Shown here one piece after another: positions 9,892 to 19,039 of a stretch of 64,000 bases of DNA. The DNA is from a phage, in assembly GCA_025812035.1 (NCBI GenBank), contig GCA_025812035.1_4719.1. One strand, written 5' to 3'. The position numbers and the translations under genes were made by a program. Every line of letters starts with the position of its first letter. Positions within the stretch are counted from its first letter, which is position 1. The notes beneath the pieces were generated by a model, which worked only from the letters and a program-made list of their open reading frames with translations, made no database searches and was not told the origin of the DNA.

Positions 9892-11688
9892 TCAATCGAT
9901 TATGTCACGATCGTTAATTTCTACAATTTCTTCATCGAATCGACCGACGTCTTTCTTCAAGCCTGCATTTGTTGCTGCAACGTCATTTGCAATTTGTGGG
10001 GTAACGATTAACCGACCACGCTCGTCGATAGGTGCGTACATACTGAACTTCTGACGTCCGGTTGGTTCGGAGTGTGGAAGATTCAGATAGCTCGCACAGA
10101 ACGGGATGGAACCACTAACCAAACGACTCTCGTCAGCCAACGCAGCACCGCCTGCGTTTTGGCTCTGGAGAACAACATGCGTGCTCACTTTGAACAGCAT
10201 GCAATCACCCGGTGACTGAATCGATGTTGCCACTTTCTCACGCTTATCACGATTGCTCTGGATATTGAGAATCGCTTCTGTTGCAACTTGATTTCGCAAC
10301 GCCTTCTGTACATCGCGATTGGTCATCTCTTTACGGTTGTTCTGTCGTTTACCACGTTCTGTGGTTTTAAGATGGAACCCCAGTTTAAAGATGCTCTTAC
10401 GCACATCCTCCATGACATATTCCAACACCATCAATTCCTTACCGAACATCGTCGTGGTATCAACACGACTCATTTCGATAGTAACATTGTCAATCAGATA
10501 CGCCATAAATTCGTAGAAGTCATCGCAAGGAATATTTTCCTGTTTGAACTTCTTCTGCTGAATTTCGTCGACGTAAAGATCAAGGCTATCGATGTGGTGG
10601 TTTACATCACGCAACAAACGCGCATCCGCGTTGTTGTTATTAAAGATAATCAAACCGAGTAATGTACGCCAATGGTCTGGCGCATTAGCGAACTCTTCAA
10701 CCGGATAGTCTTCCGGAAAACGATCGTAATAGCGGTCGATGAGATACAAGAACGCACCGACAAGGCCAAGAACAATACGTTCCGTGCCTCCACGTCTTAC
10801 AGCAATTTGAATATCAGGATGTTTATAACGTACAGCGTTAGCGCTACGGCTTTTACCGCTCTTACTAATACTAAAGCCTTTAGGAATAACCCCCATGGTG
10901 CGATAGATTACCCATTGGTCGCGCGGAAAATCGCGTTCAGCAAGATTCCGTCCGGTTACCGCTTCGACACCCGCGAAACGTCGGAAACATTCACCTACCC
11001 CGTACTTCGCAAAGAGATAGTGACCCAATGTGGTTACACTGGTGTGGTTGATGTTGTCACCGTTCACTTTACTTTGTTTGGTAAGATGATAGATTTGCGA
11101 CCAGGGTAACGATAGATAGTGACGATAATCGACACCGGTTGGAGTATCATTACTCAGGAACTGATACGGCGTACGTTTAACTGTGATTTTGTCACGCGGA
11201 AGCATGATGAACGCCATGTCTTTCGTGTAACTGATTACAGGGTCAGCGAGTACCGCACTGAGAATAAAGTTTGCACCACGTAGACGCATTTTACCACCCT
11301 GCCCTACTGCGGGTAATAGGAGAGGGTGTCGGATAATGCAGTAGTCCTTTCCTGGTTCACGACGGTCACCTGATTCCATCGCGCCATACCAGCGGAATTC
11401 TAACATCACCATAAACACATCGGACGGCGCAAGGTCAAAGGTCAGCTTACCGCTATCCTTCCCTTTGGTTTTCTTTCCTCCGCTTAAGTAGTGAAACTGT
11501 TCGCGGGCCACACAACGACGTAGGCCATGATACACCAGATCCTTAGGTAAACTATCTTTGCTGTTCCGCCAAAGACGATCAACATAGGACTCAACATCTT
11601 GCATCTTATCGACGACGATGTTGCGCGCTATCTTCTCGTTCATCTTCGGTGCAAGCCCAGCGACAGCTTTGCAGAATCTAGGATCCAT
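9892..11688 (-). CDS. hypothetical protein (~598 aa)
   Basis: ORF track 9892..11691; ATG at 11686-11688 preceded by AAAGGAG SD; no polymerase or terminase motifs recognised. Confidence 0.6.
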   Translation of the reverse strand: MDPRFCKAVAGLAPKMNEKIARNIVVDKMQDVESYVDRLWRNSKDSLPKDLVYHGLRRCVAREQFHYLSGGKKTKGKDSGKLTFDLAPSDVFMVMLEFRWYGAMESGDRREPGKDYCIIRHPLLLPAVGQGGKMRLRGANFILSAVLADPVISYTKDMAFIMLPRDKITVKRTPYQFLSNDTPTGVDYRHYLSLPWSQIYHLTKQSKVNGDNINHTSVTTLGHYLFAKYGVGECFRRFAGVEAVTGRNLAERDFPRDQWVIYRTMGVIPKGFSISKSGKSRSANAVRYKHPDIQIAVRRGGTERIVLGLVGAFLYLIDRYYDRFPEDYPVEEFANAPDHWRTLLGLIIFNNNNADARLLRDVNHHIDSLDLYVDEIQQKKFKQENIPCDDFYEFMAYLIDNVTIEMSRVDTTTMFGKELMVLEYVMEDVRKSIFKLGFHLKTTERGKRQNNRKEMTNRDVQKALRNQVATEAILNIQSNRDKREKVATSIQSPGDCMLFKVSTHVVLQSQNAGGAALADESRLVSGSIPFCASYLNLPHSEPTGRQKFSMYAPIDERGRLIVTPQIANDVAATNAGLKKDVGRFDEEIVEINDRDIID

Positions 11689-11727
11689 CACACACTCCTT
11701 TCAGAAAGTTGCTTAAGCAGATTAAAG

Positions 11728-13197
11728 TTACTTTTTCGATGAAGCTTTCTCAAGAATCTTGAAAAAGGTCATACCTATACCAACAACGGCCGCGGTTATA
11801 CTCGCAGCGGCTTTCCAGACATCGACGTTACGTTGACGTCGCGCTTCTTCCGCTTCGCGTTGTCTTTTTGCTTCATCATCACGACGGCGTAGCTCAGTTG
11901 TGAATTCATCGTGCTTACGTTTCGCGTCCTCGTCTCGGCGACGCATTTCAGCGATAAGCTCATCATGCTTACGTTTTGCCTCTTCATCACGACGTTTAAG
12001 TTCAGCTTGATGTTCTTCTCGTATTTGTTTACGAAGATCATCTTGACGTTTCATTTCGGCTTGGTGGTGTTCCATCCTACGTTCAGTATCGTCTTTAAGC
12101 TGTTTAACAATTTCCGCATGTTGCTTATTTTGTCGTTCCGCATCGGTTTTATACAATTCGTGTAATTGCTTTATTTCCGATGCGTGAGCGTCAGCCTGTC
12201 GTTTCATTTCGTTGGTATGATCGACCTGCAGTTGCTTTATTTCAGCCATCAGCCCTTTAAGGGTTTCTTCTGTTGACTTACGTTCATAGCTACGTTGGTC
12301 GAAATCATTTTTGTAGGCTTCTTTTTGGATGGGGTCGCGCCAATGCAATGCCGATTCACGTGTCGGAAAAACATTGTACTTCCACATCTCTTTTTCCAAA
12401 TCTTCGACCGGTACGAAGACGGAGTCATTATTCCCGAAGGTAACCAACATACCTGGCGCGCCTGCTCCATTCGTTGGTTTTATTTCGAACGCTTTTCCCA
12501 GAACGTTAACCCATAAGCTATACGGATTATGAAAGTCTGGTGGCGTCCAATGGATAGTGAGTTGCGTTCCGAGAATCCGGAAACCCTCTGTTTTTCCCGT
12601 CAAGCTTCGCGCACACGTTGCGATGTAGGGGTGATCAATCCCTTTCGTAACGTGGTCTGCGCTTTTGTATTCTCCTTTAACTTTTACGACTGCCACGTTG
12701 ATTTGCGCGACATAAATAGGTTGATTAAAGTTCAACGTGTTGAGGTCAATTTGGCATACTTCATCCAGCGTATCGTACCAGTCTTGCTGGTCTAATAGAC
12801 GCGGTATTTTCTCCGTGTTAACGATGCGACGGATATGCGGTTTCCTTATCGCGTAACCTGTGCCGTTTTTAACACGAAGTATATCCCGACGTCTACCCGC
12901 GTAGACGAAGTTTCTGAATGCACCATTCGCATTAGATACGTCATGGCTGTCAACTATTACAGGACTACGAAATTTTGAACGCCTTACGATCCTGAATGTA
13001 TTGCCGTCCTCAACCCTACCAGGAATGTACTGGAACATATTGTCGGAGGTGATAACCAACACGGTATGGTTGGATTCATTAATACACGCCCATCCTAATT
13101 CCAGGTCATATAACGGTTCAGCATAACCGTCAATGCGATATGCGTGCGTACCATCCCACGGTTCGAACGCGGTATCACATATTGGCATGGAGGGCAT
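11728..13197 (-). CDS. hypothetical protein with C-terminal charged coiled-coil repeats and C-terminal transmembrane anchor
   Basis: ORF track 11728..13203 (TTG); ATG at 13195-13197 with GGAGG SD; C-terminal ~150 aa are K/R/E/D-rich heptad-like repeats (ELKRRDEEAKRKHDE / RRRDEDAKRKHDE / RRRDDEAKRQRE) followed by hydrophobic AAASITAAVVGIGMTFFKIL and KK end. Confidence 0.6.
   Translation of the reverse strand: MPSMPICDTAFEPWDGTHAYRIDGYAEPLYDLELGWACINESNHTVLVITSDNMFQYIPGRVEDGNTFRIVRRSKFRSPVIVDSHDVSNANGAFRNFVYAGRRRDILRVKNGTGYAIRKPHIRRIVNTEKIPRLLDQQDWYDTLDEVCQIDLNTLNFNQPIYVAQINVAVVKVKGEYKSADHVTKGIDHPYIATCARSLTGKTEGFRILGTQLTIHWTPPDFHNPYSLWVNVLGKAFEIKPTNGAGAPGMLVTFGNNDSVFVPVEDLEKEMWKYNVFPTRESALHWRDPIQKEAYKNDFDQRSYERKSTEETLKGLMAEIKQLQVDHTNEMKRQADAHASEIKQLHELYKTDAERQNKQHAEIVKQLKDDTERRMEHHQAEMKRQDDLRKQIREEHQAELKRRDEEAKRKHDELIAEMRRRDEDAKRKHDEFTTELRRRDDEAKRQREAEEARRQRNVDVWKAAASITAAVVGIGMTFFKILEKASSKK
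11830..12010 (-). repeat. imperfect tandem DNA repeats (~54-63 bp) encoding the charged coiled-coil repeats
   Basis: Plus-strand units such as TCATCGTGCTTACGTTTCGCGTCCTCGTCTCGGCGACG / TCATCATGCTTACGTTTTGCCTCTTCATCACGACG; in-frame within gene 11728..13197. Confidence 0.5.
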
Positions 13198-13346
13198 CGT
13201 CAACCTCCATCAGATTGAAAACTATCACGCATAATGCATTTCCCTTTTCTTGTTCTTATCGAGCCGACAGCCGACGGTTTCAGCATCGTTCCTAGCGCGA
13301 GAACGACCTTACGTGTTGTCTATGCCTTATTCATCGCAGGCGTCTG

Positions 13347-13403
13347 TCACCTAGGTAATGTAAGCGTCAAATTTTTTCTATTTGCAACGATAAACAGCAT
13401 AGA
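13347..13403 (-). promoter_or_regulatory. conserved intergenic element, copy 1 (candidate promoter, partly diverged)
   Basis: Shares TCACCTAGGTAAT(G/A)TA and ACAGCATAGAA ends with the copies at 21507 and 59630; sits between a terminator hairpin and the next minus-strand gene. Confidence 0.35.
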
Positions 13404-13437
13404 AGCCTCCCCCAACCCTTGCGGGCTGAGGGAGGCT
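13404..13437 (-). terminator. hairpin terminator downstream of the capsid-candidate gene
   Basis: Stem AGCCTCCC/GGGAGGCT with inner CCC-TTGC-GGG; on minus strand followed by TTCTATGCTGTTTATCG. Confidence 0.55.
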
Positions 13438-13534
13438 GACTTATGTATCACGGTGCCGGATGAATGTCCGGTGCAATGAAACCATCTGCAACGTTGTCGT
13501 CAAGAATATCATCCAACGAAGCAGCTACGGTAGT

Positions 13535-15757
13535 TCAGTTAGTCTGAACCGGCAGCTTGATGTTTTCAGTGTAGACCTTACGCAGGTTCACGACGTTAAT
13601 CAGACCCAGCAGCGGGCAGTTGTTAACGAAGCGGCAGCGCGGCTGAACCATGGTTTCTTTAGAAACCTGACCGTTACGGGTAACCTGAGCAACAGATACC
13701 AGTTCCGGTACATACAGGAACATACCGAAGGTCAGCGGATCCGGAGAACCCTGGATACCACGAGACAGGGTCACGAAGATCTTATCACGCAGCAGGACGT
13801 TCGGGTTATCTACAACCACGAAGTTGAAGCTTACACCAACGGTACGGAAATCACCATCGGTCTGCAGGAACTGCGGGATGTAGTTGTCGGTTGCTACTAC
13901 GCAACGCGGTTTCTCATCAGCGTTGGAAGACAGCAGCTGCAGAGCTGGCTGATAACCAGACTCAGAGTACATGCGGTATGCCATCTCACGAATCACGTTC
14001 ATGATCGCAGCGGACACTTCAGCACGACGTTCTGCAGTGGTGGTACCCTGAACGGATTTCGCCAGGTCCAGGTTGATTTCTTCGAACCACGGACGGATCA
14101 GGTAACGACCGAAACCTTCGATCTGGATGTCACCGAACTGACGGAAGCGAGAGGTCGCAACTGCTTTCAGTGCGTCTTTGTAGCTGAACAGTTTCTCAAC
14201 CATCAGGTTGTCGAAACGTGCGTTAGCCGCTTGGATCAGAACGTCCAGGTCAGCAGCGTTTTCTTCCCAATCAAGCGGACGAGGAATGGAGAACGGAGCC
14301 AGCAGACCGATTGCGTAACGCTCTTGCTTCATGTTGAAGTCAAGGTGCTTACCACGTTCACGACGGTTGCTGTTGTTACGACGGATACGCAGTTCGTAAC
14401 CAACCAGTTTGAAGCTCAGGTCGTCAGCCAGGTCTTTGAATTCTTGGCTCTTACGCGGCTGTTCGATGTTGTCCTGATCAACCAGGCGATACAGTTCAGC
14501 GTTAGCGCCGTTAACACGCAGACCCGCTTTCTCTACGTTGGAAGAACCGTAAACTTCGATAGCCAGCTGAGCAGCGGATTTCGCATCGATGATGTCCTGC
14601 AGCGCTTCGGCTTTCGCACCTTTAACGTCAACGGTGTTCTCATCAACGAAGATGGAGTGAGTGTCGAACGCCAGGGTCATTTTGCGGAAGTCGCCTTCCA
14701 GAGATTTCTGGAAACCGTTGGTGATCAGACCGGATACGTCGAACGGAACGTAAGAGGTTTTGCTGTGCTTAGCGGATTTGATTTCCACCAGGATTTTGGT
14801 CAGCGTGATCTGAGCATCCAGCGCGTCGGTGTTGTCGCTGTAACCGTTAGCCAGAATGCTATCGTCTTCAGCGATACCGATCATGTCGATCAGTTTATCA
14901 ACAGCCAGGTAAGACGTTTTATAAGTTACGCCTTTAATTTCGATGTCACGCGGAGCAACGATAGCTTTGTCAACGAAGTACTGCGCGTTAGCATCGTCAG
15001 CACGATAGATCGGGTGCAGGTCGGTCACGTCGTTGGACAGAACGTCGTTGTACATGAACGCGTCCAGCAGCGGACGACGTACCCAATCAGCCGGAGTACC
15101 GTCAGCGTTACGACGCAGATGGTTGAATACCAGCGGACGACGGAAAGATACGTCATAACCGATCTGGTTCGGAGCCAGAACGATGGTGTTGTACAGTTCG
15201 TTACCCATGCGGCTCAGACGAGAAGCCTTCACGTTGAACACAACGGAGTACGGCATCATGTCGCGCAGTTCTTTCTGGTCGTAGGACAGCTGAACCAGTT
15301 CTTCAGATTCGCAACCGCAGGAATCAGCAGCCATCATGACGAAGTTAGAGCTGTCAACTTCACGACCTGACGGAGTGGTGCTGATGTTCATGGAACGTGC
15401 TTGTTTAGCGTATTCCACCGGGTTACCATGAGCCAGCATGATCAGTGCTGCTGCACGAGCCTGCTGTGCGTTCATGGTGAACAGCTGTTCTTCAATACGC
15501 TGCTTCTCTTCCGGAGTGGTGGTTTCGAAGCCCAGCATAGACAGAACCGGTTCTTCTGCTTTACGGATGTCGCTGCTGAAGCTCTTAACATCCATATCGT
15601 TAACCAGTTTGTCCATGGATTTGAAATCAACCTTAGAAGCAGATTCCATAGACAGGAAGGTGTTTTCCAGACCTTTGTCTGCTGGTTTGCTACCATTAGC
15701 GGTCAGGAACTGGCGAGTGGCCGCGACCTGCTGGCTAAGAAGGGTTTTATCATTCAT
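13535..15757 (-). CDS. candidate major capsid protein (740 aa); tail sheath not excluded
   Basis: Strongest codon bias in the window (CGT/CTG/ACC/GGT-rich), implying very high expression; length matches the ~740-750 aa major capsid proteins I recall for phiKZ-like phages; AAAGGA SD; acidic N-terminal region with S-x-E motifs; no homology search run. Confidence 0.5.
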   Translation of the reverse strand: MNDKTLLSQQVAATRQFLTANGSKPADKGLENTFLSMESASKVDFKSMDKLVNDMDVKSFSSDIRKAEEPVLSMLGFETTTPEEKQRIEEQLFTMNAQQARAAALIMLAHGNPVEYAKQARSMNISTTPSGREVDSSNFVMMAADSCGCESEELVQLSYDQKELRDMMPYSVVFNVKASRLSRMGNELYNTIVLAPNQIGYDVSFRRPLVFNHLRRNADGTPADWVRRPLLDAFMYNDVLSNDVTDLHPIYRADDANAQYFVDKAIVAPRDIEIKGVTYKTSYLAVDKLIDMIGIAEDDSILANGYSDNTDALDAQITLTKILVEIKSAKHSKTSYVPFDVSGLITNGFQKSLEGDFRKMTLAFDTHSIFVDENTVDVKGAKAEALQDIIDAKSAAQLAIEVYGSSNVEKAGLRVNGANAELYRLVDQDNIEQPRKSQEFKDLADDLSFKLVGYELRIRRNNSNRRERGKHLDFNMKQERYAIGLLAPFSIPRPLDWEENAADLDVLIQAANARFDNLMVEKLFSYKDALKAVATSRFRQFGDIQIEGFGRYLIRPWFEEINLDLAKSVQGTTTAERRAEVSAAIMNVIREMAYRMYSESGYQPALQLLSSNADEKPRCVVATDNYIPQFLQTDGDFRTVGVSFNFVVVDNPNVLLRDKIFVTLSRGIQGSPDPLTFGMFLYVPELVSVAQVTRNGQVSKETMVQPRCRFVNNCPLLGLINVVNLRKVYTENIKLPVQTN

Positions 15758-15906
15758 TGAAAGTATCCTTTACAGAATTAACTTATATAAGTCGGTCGAT
15801 AGACCATAGCGTACACGCGTGCATGCGCCACTATAGTATCAGTAAACACTTACCGTTGTTTAGGCTGTGATACAACACTAAAAATGCCGCATAACTTTTT
15901 CCTACG

Positions 15907-16527
15907 TCACAAACGACGCAGGCGATAATGGATGGAACGATTGGTGCAATATGAACGGAACAGCGGCAATTGCGCAACTTCCGCAAGACTCATATTAATT
16001 CGCAGGTGTTCAATAACGGCGCTGTAGTTATCAGCAATACGATCGCTCAATAACTCTTCTGCCAATAAAGGAAGACAATCGACAACAATCGCGATCATAT
16101 CCTCATTAACATAACGCACCCGAACACTCAACGGACGTTTGTCTGGGCTGTAAGTTGGATCCGCCAAACGACGTTCAATATCACGCGGATAGCTCGTCAG
16201 TAAATGGTAGTAACCATTATCATAACGATTGATGTACTCACACAGCACATCAACATTCTTTTCTGGCGGCAAACCTGTTTCGTCATAGTGATACGCAAAC
16301 ATACCACCAAGCAGGTTGTTAAGATGAACTGCAGGGTTCGCTTGTTCGTGTTCTTTCGTGATGAAGAAAGGCACGTTCTGAGCTGCGAAATAAAAACCTA
16401 CATCATTGGGCGATAGTATGCCGAAAAGACTTTTAGGATCCAACAGCACCTGTAAGTCATCACGCGCATTTCGAATGATTGCGTGTTCTACCCAATTCGG
16501 AACGACGAGATATCGGAGTTCCTTCAT
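15907..16527 (-). CDS. hypothetical protein (206 aa)
   Basis: ORF track; AGAGGT SD 8 nt upstream of ATG; divergent from the helicase gene. Confidence 0.55.
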   Translation of the reverse strand: MKELRYLVVPNWVEHAIIRNARDDLQVLLDPKSLFGILSPNDVGFYFAAQNVPFFITKEHEQANPAVHLNNLLGGMFAYHYDETGLPPEKNVDVLCEYINRYDNGYYHLLTSYPRDIERRLADPTYSPDKRPLSVRVRYVNEDMIAIVVDCLPLLAEELLSDRIADNYSAVIEHLRINMSLAEVAQLPLFRSYCTNRSIHYRLRRL

Positions 16528-16566
16528 TATGATTACCTCTTTGTAAGTATCGAAAGGATTGAGTCG

Positions 16567-18177
16567 ATGGACCCAAAACAGATAGCCATTAAGATTATTA
16601 CGTTACTGTTTCGTAACGCACAATTGAACCATCCAGATCCCAGTACGATCGACCATGTTAAATCCGTCTTAGATAAAGTCGAACCCCCGAAAAACCATCT
16701 CGCTACGGACATAGATAGAGAGGTTTTCAACAACCTGATGAATACCATTCATTGGATGTTGGAACAACCATTATCGGAACCTTTCGATAAACAACAGTTG
16801 TTACAAAGGATACGTTTGGATTGTCTTGAGCAAAGCAATCTTTACGAGATTCTTGCCGACGGACTGTACGATATCGAAGACGATGCTCATATCAGTAAGG
16901 TCTGTTCGCTTTATTACAACGAATTGCGTAACTTGGTTACCCGTCGTCGTGTTTTCGAAACCTTTAAAAACACATACATGGATATCAGTAATGGGCGTCT
17001 TGGGGATAAAGAATTTTTCGACGCGATGGCGAATTTGAAACTCTCGCTAGACAGTATCGAAATGGATACCGAAAATCCCGAAGAGATGTCGTGTATGATT
17101 GACGGTTTTATCGCCGACAGTGAAGACGATATCGAGAAAGTCGAACGTATGTTCATCAAAGCGATGGAACGTAACAGTCCTGAAGGTGGATTTGTAACCG
17201 GCTGGCAAGGTTTTAATAAAATGCTAGGGTCGGTCGGTGTTTTACGTCGCGGTACCTTAGGACTGATTGGTGCGATGCAGCACAGGAACAAGTCGGGCGT
17301 GCTGTTAAAACTGTTCACACATCTGGCGTTGTACAATAAACCTCATTTCTTTTTTCCGGAGCGAGCAAAGAAAGCATTACTGATTCATTTGTCAACAGAA
17401 AACGAAGTAGAAGAAAACACGCTTCAGATATACAAAAACATGCGAGAACAGGAAACAGGCGAATATGTCGATATTCGTAAGATTGACCCTCGCGAGGCAT
17501 CACGTTATGTGTTGAAGGTTTTCAATGACGCGGGTTTCTCTGTGTGTATGCGTCGTGTTGATGGGATGAGCTATAAACAACTTGCGAACCTCATCGACCA
17601 TTTTGAACGCATGGGCTATGAAGTCATGGCGTTGTTCATCGACTATCTGAAAATGTTCTCATCGGAAGGGCTGGATAGAAACGGACCAACCGGCGCATGG
17701 CTACAAGAACTCTTCAACAAAGTCCGTAACCTCTGCAGCGTTAAACGTATTTTAGGTATGACCGTACACCAGCTATCATCCGACGCGAAGATGCGTGCGC
17801 GTGACGGTAACGATGAAGAGTTTGTTGACCAGGTCGCAGGCTTAAGTTACTGGGATGGCTGTAAAGGGATTGACCGTGAGATCGATCTTGAAGTGATTGT
17901 TGATATCGTTAAGGAACCGGGTAAACGTCAAAGCTGGCAAGTCTTTGCATTAGGGAAAGACCGTCAACCGGATAACGGTTCAACGAAACCTGAGGATAAA
18001 CATTTCACGATGCCGTTCCAAACCATCGGGATGCTTCCTGATGATTACGGTAAGAAAGCAGTATACTGCCGCAAGGTTGGCGGACAACCTGTCTCTGAGG
18101 GAGGCAAAGGTCCGTGGAACAAGTTCGATGAAAACGCAGCGCCGAGCAATGAATTACAATTTGATTTAGAATTTTAA
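16567..18177 (+). CDS. DnaB-like (SF4) replicative DNA helicase
   Basis: ORF track 16483..18177; start moved to ATG 16567 (AAGGA SD) to avoid overlap with the divergent gene. In DnaB order and spacing: GFVTGWQGFNKMLGSVGVLRRGTLGLIGAMQHRNKSG (H1/Walker A region), ALFIDYLKMF (Walker B, cf. DnaB VDYLQLM), MTVHQLSSDAKMRAR (H3, cf. SQLNR..E.R). Confidence 0.6.
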   Translation: MDPKQIAIKIITLLFRNAQLNHPDPSTIDHVKSVLDKVEPPKNHLATDIDREVFNNLMNTIHWMLEQPLSEPFDKQQLLQRIRLDCLEQSNLYEILADGLYDIEDDAHISKVCSLYYNELRNLVTRRRVFETFKNTYMDISNGRLGDKEFFDAMANLKLSLDSIEMDTENPEEMSCMIDGFIADSEDDIEKVERMFIKAMERNSPEGGFVTGWQGFNKMLGSVGVLRRGTLGLIGAMQHRNKSGVLLKLFTHLALYNKPHFFFPERAKKALLIHLSTENEVEENTLQIYKNMREQETGEYVDIRKIDPREASRYVLKVFNDAGFSVCMRRVDGMSYKQLANLIDHFERMGYEVMALFIDYLKMFSSEGLDRNGPTGAWLQELFNKVRNLCSVKRILGMTVHQLSSDAKMRARDGNDEEFVDQVAGLSYWDGCKGIDREIDLEVIVDIVKEPGKRQSWQVFALGKDRQPDNGSTKPEDKHFTMPFQTIGMLPDDYGKKAVYCRKVGGQPVSEGGKGPWNKFDENAAPSNELQFDLEF

Positions 18178-18202
18178 ACGCAAAAAAAAAGAATGTACGG
18201 TT

Positions 18203-18234
18203 CCCTCCTCCAACCCGTAAGGGAAGGAGGAGGG
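18203..18234. terminator. bidirectional intrinsic terminator
   Basis: CCCTCCTCC-AA-CCC-GTAA-GGG-AA-GGAGGAGGG hairpin (GNRA-type loop); A9 tract on plus = U9 after the hairpin on minus; between convergent genes. Confidence 0.7.
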
Positions 18235-18249
18235 TTATGACCGTGTTGG

Positions 18250-18576
18250 CTAACTTATCGTCATGAATTCACTCGGTGAGAATTTCCAACCATTCTCATT
18301 GAGAAGTGTGTTGAGTTTCGCTGCAACGATAAGCCATGCATGCATAGCCGTTACGTCGTATTGGCGATTTACCCGACGTTGGTTTTCGATATTGATTTGC
18401 TCCTGTTCAGTGATGTTTGGATAAAGTGCGATAGCGCTGGGCTTACCCAAAGCGCTAGTCATCACCGCGGTACATTCACTGATAATGTTGTTTAAGTGGT
18501 AGTTGTACACCGTTCCACGCATGACACGATGACGGCATTCGATAATAGCGTCGTAAATGATTTCTCGAGTAATCAT
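18250..18576 (-). CDS. hypothetical small protein (108 aa)
   Basis: ORF track; follows a bidirectional terminator; weak SD. Confidence 0.5.
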   Translation of the reverse strand: MITREIIYDAIIECRHRVMRGTVYNYHLNNIISECTAVMTSALGKPSAIALYPNITEQEQINIENQRRVNRQYDVTAMHAWLIVAAKLNTLLNENGWKFSPSEFMTIS

Positions 18577-18582
18577 GATAAC

Positions 18583-18984
18583 TTAAAACATGCGGTCGTT
18601 TTTAGCACGGGCGTCCATTACGAGATCGTAGATACCTGCGGTTCGTAAACATTCTTCGTAATAACGATGTGTGCCTTCCTCAGCCATCCACGATAATCCT
18701 CGGTTATCCGCAACAATAACCAGTTTGTTATTGTTGAACGCGCACACCACACGGTAGGTCGCGTTGTTATTCGGATCGCGAGTGATAAGCTCGTAGACGC
18801 CATTGACAGGTTTACTGAATTCACCGTTTAACGGGACAAGTTCAGTAGTACCTTCAGCGAACGTCGCGTTGATTGGTGATGGATCTTTAGCGATAACTGT
18901 ATATTCCACGTTATGTTCTTTACTGGTCATAATGCCGAAGTAAGAACTAATAGGGGAACGTGGTACACTAAGAATATTAAACAT
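18583..18984 (-). CDS. hypothetical small protein (~133 aa)
   Basis: ORF track 18583..19086; internal ATG at 18982-18984 has AAGAGGA SD. Confidence 0.5.
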   Translation of the reverse strand: MFNILSVPRSPISSYFGIMTSKEHNVEYTVIAKDPSPINATFAEGTTELVPLNGEFSKPVNGVYELITRDPNNNATYRVVCAFNNNKLVIVADNRGLSWMAEEGTHRYYEECLRTAGIYDLVMDARAKNDRMF

Positions 18985-19039
18985 GAATGTTGTCCTCTTA
19001 TTTGGATTTAGATTGTTGGGTTTGTCATTGAGAAATGAA

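Noticed and set aside
1548-11688. Terminase large subunit or portal among the large ORFs (1548-3959, 3987-6893, 9892-11688)
   Set aside because: No Walker A/B ATPase motifs and no recognisable portal signature by eye; left as hypothetical.
13234-13479. 81-aa plus-strand ORF in the intergenic region
   Set aside because: Spans the terminator hairpin and conserved intergenic element, opposite in orientation to all neighbours, no SD.
13460-15370. 636-aa ORF on the plus strand
   Set aside because: Lies entirely antisense to the strongly codon-biased capsid-candidate gene; such long shadow ORFs are expected opposite GC3-biased genes, and it has no SD or sensible composition.
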